From Iphione sp. A-MEVVRFRX5 (Eukaryota), in NCBI GenBank assembly GCA_976226885.1, contig OZ320313.1, forward strand, positions 107,322,001 through 107,386,000: a stretch of DNA of 64,000 nt, written 5' to 3'. The position numbers and the translations under genes are program-made. The notes below the pieces were generated by a model. The model was not told the origin of the DNA. It ran no database searches and worked only from the letters and a program-made list of their open reading frames with translations. Each line of letters begins with the position of its first letter. Positions within the stretch are counted from its first letter, which is position 1. Below, piece by piece: positions 1 to 11,600 of the stretch.

Positions 1-1460
1 ACCCGCGCTGTTCTCCATTGGTCTGGTATAATACACTCCTCAAAACACCTTTGCAGAACTGTTGTTATTTGCGGGATTAGGGCTTCCATTGCTCTCACAT
101 ACACTTCACACTTAATATCTTGAACCCCTGAGCGTTTGCCCAGATTTATCGTCTTGATAGCTTTTAATACAATCCCTTCAGTTATATTTTTCAATTCGAA
201 ATCACCCCTACCCACATATTGTGGAATGTACGGCTCCCCCACTGCCTTTATCAATTCACTTCCGACTGAGTGATATTATGCACCTAGTTCATCTGCTACT
301 TTGTGCATTGGAATTTCTTCACTGTTTTTAATAAGAGTTATCTCATTTTGTTGCCTCTTCCTGTTCCCAGTAATTGGTCAATACAACACTAATATTGCTT
401 GCCATCCTTTTCATGTTTCTGCAACTTCCTGTTTACCCACATACGTTGTCCCCTCTGAACTACCTTTCTATACTCTCTTCTAGCCACCAGCAGGCAGTGC
501 CATGAATTAGCACTACATTCTCTTCTATGACGCTCCTCATTCTCCCGCACCTTTTGTTTACATACCCCTATTTGCCTCTGCAGACATGTTCCCATCCCTT
601 CCCCCCTTATTCTCATCTTCTTTAGTAGGGCAATTATAGTCTATCACACTCACTATTTCATTATGAATCATTGCCCACTGTGCATTGAGATTTTCTTCCG
701 CTTGCTACCTATTCCAATCATACCCTCTCAGTTGGGTCTGCATTCTTTGTACATGTATATTGAGTCCTTTATATGTCCTAGCTACTTGTGTCCTACTTAC
801 TCCTCCATTTGGTCTCAGATCTGCCAATACTTCAACAGTGTAATGATCACTTATTCCATTATCAATTACTTGGCAGTTCTGTAGTATCCCCCCTGAGCAG
901 AAACATAGATCAATAATAGTGCCTCCATTTTCAGTTGGGTGTGTGATGTCTTATATTCTTTGTTGCAGCCCAAACTCTCTCGCCAATATTTCTAAATCCC
1001 TCCTTCTTTTTGAATGGACTTTATAATCTCAGTTAAAATCCCCAATTACTACTATTCTTGTCGATGCTGGAATAATTTGTATAATCTCGCTCAGTTTATT
1101 CAAACAAGCCTCCCATCCTCCATCAGGTGGTCTGTAGATACCTAACACTGCTATTTGTCCGCTTTTTACCCTAGAGACTACCAGGATTCCCTCTAAATCT
1201 CTTGTTGAGTACTTTTCTTCACTTATTATCTTTATATTTTTTCTGCTGTACAAAAGGACCCCTCCACCTCTCCTCCCATCTGTCCTATCACTTCTAAATA
1301 GCCTGTACCCCTCCCAACTGACACATTTGTCTGAGATTTTGTCATTTAGCCCCGTTTCACTTAGGAAAATATAGTCATATCCCACTTTATAGTTAGTTCG
1401 AACTTTGAATTGCTTTTTAACTAAACTGCGAATATTTTGACTAATTATCCTAATCATTGA
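1..1460 (-). mobile_element. Degraded non-LTR retrotransposon (CR1/L2/Jockey-group LINE) ORF2, endonuclease to pre-RT region, running off the window start
   Basis: ORF 1029-1457 has APE motifs (QNIRSL, FLSETGL, YRLFRSDR..RRGGGV, IYRPP, IGDFN). After a frameshift come THPTENGGTIIDLCF and GISDH; bases 1-60 read LQRCFEECIIPDQWRTARV, the pre-RT P.W..A.V motif. Stops and frameshifts are present. Confidence 0.9.
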
Positions 1461-2167
1461 TAAATAGTATTGGTAATCTCCGTCTCAGACTGACCCTTCT
1501 TTCTATTACCACCCTCCAGCCCACTTCAACTCAGTCAAACACTATTACCCTGCACTTTATGGAAGACACTGCATAGGTAGCGTTCTGTGATGAAACATAT
1601 GAATTATTAACAGGCGCCATATATTCAATACTCCATATATCATACAGCCTTGAAGTGCATCTTTTTATTCCAAAATAAAATGACAGACAGTGTGTTAACT
1701 CAACACTTCTAGGAACAATTTTAAGCCAAATATAGCAGTTCAGTTAATAAAACGTATTATAAAATACATCTCTTGCCATAAAAAACTAGTATAAGAACAG
1801 TATTATGTGAAGTATCTTCTAAGTTTGTAATTTCTTCATTTTGGGTGAAGACAGACAACAAGAAACGGCAGTTGATTGAAATATATTGTATTTTGAAAAT
1901 TATTTGTTTATTAAAACTCATTCTAAGATAAAAATCTTTAGCTGAGAATTTACACATATGTGTATGCTTTATAGATAGATTTCTACATTTTTTTCAGTAC
2001 AGTCTTTCAATAGATTAAATACAGCTTTGATGCTAGAATATGTTCCCTAAGGCAAGCAAACAAAATGACATCATACAGATGATTTTTGTAATAGGAGGAT
2101 TAAATTCCCTATTTGTAACTCTCTACGGAGTAGAATAAGGACAAAACCATTATATATTGTATATATA

Positions 2168-2235
2168 AAGGAGAGATGAAAACCGAAAACTCAAAAACTG
2201 AATTTTCCGAAATCCGAACAAACAATTTTTTCCCG
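2168..2235 (+). repeat. Fragment resembling the left end of the pogo/Tigger element at 53738
   Basis: aaaaccgaaaactcaaaaactgaattttccgaaatccgaac resembles gaaatctgaacactcaaaatctgaattttcccagatccaaa near 53750-53790. Confidence 0.45.
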
Positions 2236-3629
2236 ATCAGAAATAGTCGCAGTGGTCCCAAAAGATGAAAAGCATATTCCGATTATAGTATCTCACTAAG
2301 ACTCAATAAAATTATCTGTGTTTCCGGCAGCCTGGCCGACCCTCATTTTGTGAGTATTGCAACCTTTCTTTATTATTATTCTGTCCATATCCTGATTATG
2401 AATAATGCTACAATATAAAATTTTGTTCCTTATACCATTAGGTTTCATGTGATATAAGGATCATTACCATACAAGCAGTGGAAGTGGTAGTACGAGACAC
2501 AAGTACAAAAGTTAGTCTTTTTTCTGCATCTTACCAGAAAACATGTTACCAGAAACAAAGAATTTTTAGGCATAATCTCAAGTCAAAGAAAGCATGGTTC
2601 TACACATAATGTGAGGTTACCTAAGCAAATATTCTCTTGCCGCACTCTTTCACCCATCTGCGCGGGATTGAACATTGTGTAGCTAGCTTACCTCATTTGG
2701 AAGCAACGAACATCTACAAATATTGTTTTTCCTTGCACTCCTACAGCAAACAGAAAGACGTTGCTTTTGGATTTTCAACTTCCTGTATTCTTCTATCAAG
2801 TAGGATGTTAAAGTCAGCACAATATTCGCTTCGCCCTTCACTCTGTGCTGAGCATATCTATCACCATTTCAGTTTAACTCGCAAACAATCAGGTAGACTC
2901 CTGGGTTTTCTCTAACGACGGTAGCGGTTATGTAACTCGTCTCTCGAGTGGCTGCGTCGGTTGAACGAATGACGGATTTAAAACAAAAAGTAGTCACTGT
3001 GTATATTTGGCACAGAGCCAATATATAGAGAGAAAAGGGACACTGCTCCTTCTTGTTGTCTGAAAAAACAGTGCTGCCACCACTTGGCTAGTTTTGGGCA
3101 TCTCACGAGTGGGAATATAGTTGGTAACATCTGGATGTATATACATGTAGACTGAAAAGCCTCTAATCAGCATAGCCTTGGTTCTTTCCAAAACTGTCTT
3201 CATTAAGGACTTCGTTTGGTGTGTAGCAAATGGAGAATCTGTCGCTCATTAGAGACATGTCCCGAAGGGAAGCCTTATTTACTACTAAAATGTAATATGA
3301 GTATGTTAAAAGAAGAATATGAGTATGTCAAAAGAAGAAAACACGGTGCATACATATATATACAACTTACTATGTTGGGGTGGGGGGTAAGGAGATAGAG
3401 AGCAAGGATGGCGATCTAACTGCATTCAAGATAGGAGTCTGCCGCTGATAAGCACTAAGATGCAAGGGGTGAACGAGTTAACACTCCAGATATAGAGGAT
3501 AGAAATTACTGACTCGAAATTAAATTGGCTTCTTTTTTCCACTCGGAGTTGATTGATGTTGAAGTAGCCCACTAGTCTCTTTAAGGATTTTCATTCAAAA
3601 CTCGGTATTTTAAGACGTAGATGAATAAA

Positions 3630-3950
3630 GATGTGAACACACCAGAGTCCAGTTCCAAACTGTTTATTTGCTTCTTTTATATCCTACATGAGTTACTCTG
3701 AACCAATCAGAACCTTAGCTTAGTGGTTAGCCAATCAGAGGGTAATTCCACAAAGAATAACATTGTATCTTTCTCTAGGAATGTTTACAGCCAATGAAAG
3801 TACTACTGTAGACATAGGATACAAAGTAGCCAGCTAATAAGTATCCTCCACCAATCAGGGAGATTCCCCCAAATTAGGATGTATGGGTTGATCTTCCATC
3901 AACCAATCACAGCAAGACAACAAAATAGAGGAAATTTCCATAGAAACATG
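3630..3950 (-). promoter_or_regulatory. CCAAT-box cluster plus TATA and AATAAA, solo-LTR-like
   Basis: Five CCAAT motifs between about 3703 and 3907 (aaccaatca, agccaatca, agccaatga, caccaatca, aaccaatca). Downstream on the minus strand: GATATAAAAG, then AATAAA (3663-3684). No TSD found. Confidence 0.45.
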
Positions 3951-4249
3951 GTGTTCAATGGGAAAATGCTCATAAAGCAGTGTGCTATCTAGCTTGAGTA
4001 TGGTGTGTCAGACCTATTTTCATGGATGTACTTGGTGACCCTATTCTAACAGGGGGACCAGAGGTCCTACAGTATGATTGATAATTTATTCATCTTAAGT
4101 CCCCTGACAAGACTAAATAACAGTTCTAAATGTCCCACGTGATTCACTCAGATAAGCATGCTTAATAATGTTATATGTAATACATGTATATGTTATGCTC
4201 TTTAATATCATCCTTGCTACTATATCCACTTGTTTTCATTAAATAAGTT

Positions 4250-4620
4250 CAGTCTGCTAGAATATTGATATCATTCTTACCTACTGTCCTGACCTAGGAT
4301 AGATTTGACCATTGCCCAAAAACCTTTTTGAGCCTTTTTGAATGATTGTTAATTTACTTCTCATGTCAATATTTAGAAAAGCACAGCTCTTGATGCTTGC
4401 CTAATTCCATTTCAGTAACATATAAATTGCCACAGTACCTCCAGTTATAATAATGATTTTCGGTCATATCTGAGGAGAATGTAGCTCCTAATCCTCAGAA
4501 GGTAACTATGTAATTTTTCACTGCACCAGAATTCTTGAAGAGCTACAATAGTGGGATTTGATTTCGCATTTCATGCTACAAATCATGCAGCTTGTTACAC
4601 AGATTTCTAATATTCTAATA
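4250..4620 (-). mobile_element. Highly degraded LINE APE endonuclease fragment
   Basis: Minus-strand translation across stops and frameshifts: IRNLCNKLHDL...PTIVALQEFWCSE...LRYDRK...GGTVAIY, matching the APE N-terminal motifs. Confidence 0.55.
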
Positions 4621-5572
4621 TTCGAGAGACAGACCTGTCATACAGCTGATTTGTAGATTTTCTTTAATTATTTTAAATATTATGCTATATAAAGGATGGA
4701 GATGTAGAGTTCCTGGTATAGCAATTACGACAAAATAGGACAAAAAAACGTTTCCAGGAAATCTAAGGACTAAACTGCTGGCTTTGGCAGTCTCTGGAGG
4801 CACGTGCCTCGGCGTGCTGACTGCCCAATATCTGCTTTGAGGGAAATAAAGGAATTTCCACACTGGTCACATGACACTACCACCAGCTTCTGCAGGAACT
4901 CCCTTATTCATAAGCATGCCCTTATATAATGGGCGCATCATAATGCTCTGAGTGACTAGGACACCAGCTGCTAACCTTGGTCAGGGGCCAGCTACAGCTG
5001 ACATTGGTGCCCAGCATATACCAGTTCCAACAATATTTCCTTTCCTCTGGGCAGTGGAACAGTTTTACGTGGAACGCACATGATTTGTGTCATTTGGAAC
5101 TTGCGCTATAACACGTAGAATCAGTTGTACAGTGGGTCATGCTTCACTCATTTTATAGACATAATTATACCATCCACTAGAATTTGTAACTATGCACCTC
5201 AATATTTGTGGTCTTCATTCTCGGACAAGCCAGATTGGGCAAGACTGTAGAAAATAAGTTCAAAAGGTTCAGTCAAATATTATTAGGAAGTCCTAAAGCA
5301 AATTCAGTTAAAAAAACGTTCTTAAGACATCTTTATGCTGAACAAATACCCATATATTTAACGTATTCAGTATATCAAGCTGTACATCAATGACCATGAA
5401 CTGAGGAGATGCGTCTTGCTATAACCTAATATCAGTATATTTCACTTACAAAGCCATTTGTATGTACGATATAATACATTTGATATGTTTTCATTACACT
5501 GATGTATGAAAAAGCTGAAAGGATATTCTCGTGCTAGCCCACAAATTGTATGTCTTGATAACCAGTCTAGGG

Positions 5573-5681
5573 TCATCTTCCTAAAGGTGTTCCTGTCTGT
5601 AGCTGCCGATGTACCAGCTTGTAGTAGAGTCCACGCTGGGCCAGTAATTCTTTATGCGATCCCTGCTCTACGATGTCCCCC
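5573..5681 (-). CDS. ABCB9-like exon 14 (last): [26 protein letters not shown]...stop
   Basis: Acceptor cattcag, phase 2, TGA at 5573-5575. Confidence 0.9.
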
Positions 5682-8600
5682 CTGAATGTCATGAAGGAAA
5701 GAACATTAGCGGCTGATATTCAACAAAATGTCGTTTCCATTATGTGTAATGCAAGGAAGCTTTCAACATAATTAGGAACAAAATTTTAAAACATAATCAG
5801 AGAAGGTGGTTTTGTAGATTGTCGGCGGTTGTATGTTGTTGCAGTCTGCTGCGGCATGCTGGGGTCAAGGACGTTTGTGCACCATGTGAGGAGCTACGTG
5901 CGAGGGTGGGCATGTCGGTTTAGGGGCGTTTCACGTCTCCATATGAAAGGTCCGCAAACATGTGCAGATATTGATAACACCCCCCACAGAGGTAAGACCA
6001 TATGTTAACCAGATCTCCTTGTATTATATTGTTTCCTATGGAATATGGACGTGGGTGTGGAGAAAACCTGACTTGTCTGGTTTGCGCCCGCACCCACGTG
6101 TGGACATGGATAAGTAAGCAATATGTGAATGAGTGTAATGGTTAGACCAGGCTGGAAAAGTATCTGCAACCGAATGGACAAATATGCATACATGTGAATA
6201 GGCCCTTCGTGGTGTCAAGTGCAGGGTACTCGGCGTGGCTTATGATTTGCTAGATAGGAGGGCCACCCGGGTGCCCCAGCTATTCTGGTTTCTAGGTTAT
6301 TATTTTTATTTCTGTGTTCTTGTGATAAACATCTTCACTTTGGAATCTGTTTCGTGGGTTATTTCGTATTTGAGAAGGGGGCAATACAATATCATGCATG
6401 CGGGTAGCTTTGCTCGATGAACTTATACATGTCTGGTATTAACCAGGTGTAGCTGGTTCATTTAGGTTACTCGTTGCCAATCAGAGAGAGCACTTCCCAT
6501 TTACTTTAACAATAGTTTCGTTGATGTCAGTTTGTACTTACTTGTTAATTACCATGATTCGATCAGCCCGTTGGACAGTACTCAGTCTGTGGGCAATGAT
6601 CATGACAGTCCTGCCTGGCATTGTCTTGAACAGAGCCTCCTGAACCTATAAAAGTGATAACTCCTAAGAAATATGACGCAAAATCTGGGAAAATGTGTAC
6701 ACAACAGTGAAAATAAAGGAATGCCCAATCAACAAATCTCACTTGATGATATTCGCTCCATTTACCAAGAAAATGGTATCTCCTTGTTATAAACAGTCCC
6801 TTGTTGCTCCAAAACGACCCCAAGTGAAACACATGTATGTGTGGCCTAGCTAGAGGGTTGAACATGTCTTGAGATCTGATTGTCCCTAACCCTAGCGTGC
6901 GGTTTCCGGGGGATCAAACACTTTCCTTATATCTTAAGAACACTGGCATGCTGAGCAACATTTTGTGCAGTCATGCCATATTTGCCTAGGACGTGTTTTT
7001 TTTAAAATAAACATTATAAACACGAAATTTTGGGACTGGATTTATAGTTGCGTTTTAAGTGATGTTATGTTATATATGACTTGCTTTGAAGGAAAAGCCC
7101 TTAAAGCCTTAAAACTAATCCTTCAAAGTCTCACGGACCAGCTTCTCGGACTCCGTGTCCAGTGCACTCGTTGCTTCATCCAGAAGGAGGATGGTGGGGT
7201 TCCGGATCAGCGCACGTGCGATTGCCACTCTCTGCTTCTGGCCACCTATCGCCAGTAGGATGAAGGAAATATCAACGCAACATGAAATAGTCTATTTGAT
7301 GGAAAAAATACAAAGTTAATATGAATCATGGTTAAGATATGCTCTGCATGCACACAAAAGGAAATAATTGTATCTGTAATATTTACACAGAATTTTACCC
7401 TTGCTATAGACCCCAATCCCAAACAGCTTTGTTTTTCTAAGGTTCAAATTCCAACGCGTTGTGAAGAGTGTTTGAACCTCACTAGTCCGATTCAACTGTT
7501 ACTCAAATCAAGCAATCGTTAATACATGGACACAGCAGGCCCATAGCCAGGAAGTCTTGTGGGGGGTATCCCAAATTAGAGAGGTGGAACCCTTTGCTAG
7601 AGGGGTGGAACTCCTGGTTAGAGAGGTGGATCTCCTGGTTAGAGAGGTGGAACTCCTGGTTAGAGAGGTTGGAGATCGCTCACTTCTTAAAATATTTCAC
7701 CTGCTGGTAAATCCATGTACATTTGCATGCAAATGCATTAATCATACTTTCACTACCATCAGAATCATTTCTATATTCCCAATATCTCTTTCTTCCTTTC
7801 TCTCTCTGCCCTCTCCTTCTTCCCTCTCTCTCTGACCTCCCCCCCCCCTCCTCCCTCTTTCTCATGATACACCCTTGTCAATAGGCCTACAGAGGTGGAA
7901 CTTCTGGCTTTTGTGGGGGTATCGGACAATACCCTTGATTCCCCCTTGGCTATGGGCCTGCATAGGGTACATTCCTTACCGGAGAGCTGAAGTCCTTTTT
8001 CACCTACATATGTGTCATAGCCATCCGGGAAGGTCATGACAAAGGAGGCAGCATTCGCATTGGTAGCTGCCTGTATGATGTCATTTTCTGTGACGTCATC
8101 CGTATCAAGGCCGTACATGATGTTTTCACGAACAGATCGTGCAAACAGCGTTGGTTCCTGCGATACTAGTGCCAACTGTAAATGGTTCAGAGGAAACTTT
8201 CAATATTAGTTTGTAGACGTACCTAGTTTTTCAATATTCTAAGTGTTTCTTTCGATAACGAAGACTATTTGTACTCGAATAATCCAAAGAATGTAATTAC
8301 AACTGTGTCATCTGCATGAAGGAAATATCAAGTTTTTAGAACAGGTCATCTACCCACAAACCGGAAAATATTTCTGAACAGTACGCAAGCTTGAAATTTG
8401 AGTCTCCTGGAACACGATTCTGAACATAGTCATGTAGCTGATATCAAAATGTATGGGGACAATTCGAATTTTGAGCAAGCACAGTGTTCAGAAAATTTCT
8501 TAAATACTAGATTGCGTTAGCTTCACGAATTATATGCTCTGGAATGATGAAAAGGGTATCGTTAATCCTACATTTTACGAAATGCATCGCTTTCCACATG

Positions 8601-11600
8601 CATATAGCTACCTTGGACCTGAGATAATTGTGTTGGTAGTCCATCAGGGGACGCCTGTCCAACAGGACGTTTCCAGAGCGTGGCTGGTAGTATCGTTCGA
8701 TGAGGTTGAAGACCGTGGACTTCCCTGCGCCACTCGGGCCCACAAGAGCCACCACCTCTCCTGGCTGTACACTGAATGACAGGCCCTGCGATAAACAGAG
8801 GTGCCCCAATATAATATCAGAACAAAGGATTGCCAAAACAGATTACATCAGCGTAAGACAAAATTTGACAGGTACAGAGGCAACGCTCCCTAGCGGTCAC
8901 CCTCGGTTCTAGCAAATTTATGACACCAGGGAGAGGTAGTTTAGGCCAAAACAGAGAAAAGTGTGTTTCTGGTTACCCCTCTCCCACCCCACTTAGGAAA
9001 ACTTCACACTACTTGAAATTCTTTCTACATCAAAGAGTCCCCGATGCACCATTTTGGTACACGACAGAGGAGAAAGGAAATACAAAAAGCCGAGATAAAA
9101 TATACTTTAAATCTTAAAATTTAGTAAACCAATGTGAATCATTTGTACAGAGTACCATTGATTTTTTTCACCTATTCTAGAGAGATGACCTGTCATTATT
9201 CAATGGAAACTCCATTTGATAGCTCCTCTATTGGTTGATATGATATTTATAACTATTGTGATGGGCAAAATGTAAAAAGGGGCAAATATCTTTTGGAGAA
9301 GTATAAGTCTGTGTGCCCTATATCTAAGGTGTGTACTGATGATAGGTATGGACCAACTTAGGTCATACAGCCATAAAAAAATAAGGGCCCATCATTGTGT
9401 ATAATTCTAAGTACCGGTGGCAGGTTATTTAAACAATTTTGATCCGTTTCCATTATATAAGAGCTGATCATTTACTTTTGTCCAGTTTTTGTTCAACAAC
9501 CTAACAACCAACTATGGTAAAATCGAAAATTGTTGTATGACAGAAGATGGTTTGCATGTAGAAACATTAATTAGTAAGCTACTCTCTCCATTTCCGGTCA
9601 CAGAAGACTGCTGATGCAACATCAGTGATGTAGCTGATGCATGTAATAGTATATTTTTGTTTTTGTGATTGATGCAGATTTTGATACAATGTAATGCAAT
9701 CTATGTGCAATAAAAAAATGAAGCATCGAAAGATCGAAATTACTTCCTGAACATTTGCTCAACAGTAAGTTTCTGTCTTTTTCTAAATATATTGTCAATT
9801 ATTCGAAATTTCTCATTATTCACTTAGACAACTGTCTATACTCAGAATAAGACATTCTATCTTTTACCTCTCTTCTCTTTAAAATATCATGTTTAGCTGC
9901 AGGGCTAATACCAGAGATACTTTGTAATATGGACAGACCATGTGTATATCGAACTATCATGAAGTAGTGCCCATTCAATTTTCTCCTATTTTGCCAACTT
10001 CTACCAAGAACTAAGCCCATCTCATACTGTGTACATAGTTCATTGTATATTGACATTAATTGAAAACTCAACTCCAGATACATCCTGAGAATACGTACAA
10101 TATTGTATATAAGTATCAGGGAAAATAAAGAAATAAAAAATATATATATATATATTTGTAATATTATATATCATATATTATCATACTGACTCTTAGACCT
10201 TTCTTGGCAGAAAGTTCCACTTTGTAAATGAAACTGTTTCACATTATGTATATTGTCTTGTTTATTGTTAATAATCAGAGGACAGAAGGCAAAAAAAAGA
10301 AACAACAAAAGATACCCCTCCCTACCTAGGGTTAGGGCTGATCATAACCAGAAACACACCTATTTTCCTTATTGAATATAAGAGAGAAATGTCTTGAGGA
10401 ATCATTTGAAAATAGTGACAGGTGACCACTGTGGAGCAGTGACATTAGGAAAGTCTCAATTGTATGCATGTTGCATACAAAAAGGGGCCCAAAATACGAT
10501 GGTGTTGCTGGTTGTGGAGGAGGATGAGCAGCAGCAGCAGCAGCAGCGGCAGCGGCAGCGGCAGCAGGTCAGTGCAGCTGTAATGCAAGCTACACCCCGG
10601 GCTACACCACACAGCTTGTAGCTGTACTGAGACCTGCCAGTGTGTTAGTCTAGGGAACTGCAGCTGCCTAGACAGCTTATATAAGCTCTCTTTCAATATG
10701 ATGTCTCTTTTTTCAAAACAGGCTTCTGCTGGTTGATAAGAAGGTCTACACCATATGCAATTATACAAAAAGACGCTCCACAAATTTAAGATGACGTCCA
10801 AGCTCAAAAGGTTGAACATAGTTAATTGTCCTTAAAACTCAAATTCATATCCTCGAAATCTAACGTCTCAGTATGTTTAAAATGGAATTCAAAATCTAGA
10901 AAATTGAGATAAGAAAGCTTACACAAAAAATATCTACGTCAGGACGTGTGGGATAGGCGAAAGTCACGTCCTTGAACTGAATAGTACCCGCCATGTGACA
11001 TGGAGCCTCTGTTCCGTCAAGTGGCGCCACCTGCTCGTCATCCAGGAGTTGGAAGACCTTCTCAGAGGCTCCAAGCATACGCATCAACCACGTATACACA
11101 CTGAAGAGGCTCTGTTGAACGTCAAGAACAGCTACAAAAGGAGTTTAGCAACAGGAAACTTCGCAACGACTTGATATCCCATAAAGAACCCCAAATTACC
11201 GGATAATTACAACATATTATTATCGTGTTATACATGTATACGCAATAGATTGCGCTATACAGTCATGAAAAATCACAGCAGACTGCCCTTTGTTGTACGT
11301 GGACAGTGTTTGCCTAAAATGACGTCATTTGCTGAATTTTGGCTAGGTAGGTGTGGGAGGTGAGCTTCCTGACAGCAGGAGAGAGGGTAATCTATACATA
11401 GATATTTAGAGATATTCCTTTGCAGGGGTCTTTGTGCAGTTGCATCCTTAATCTTCGTTTTCAAAAGTGTTGGGAAAGGAGAGAGTAACAATTATAGATC
11501 AGAACGTACAAAACTGGAAGAAAACAAGCAGTCATTTGGAGACATGCAGACAGATTCCGATATAACTATGGTCCGAGGCACAAAGACAGAAATAATCATA

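Noticed and set aside
3185-3208. Degenerate hammerhead-like string (minus strand cttaatgaagacagttttggaaag); a similar one near 22388-22412
   Set aside because: The core and stem II are too mutated and there is no adjacent recognisable Penelope ORF.
10394-10621. Poly-Q/QR ORF
   Set aside because: It is a short CAG/CAGCGG repeat inside an ABC intron with no convincing exon context.
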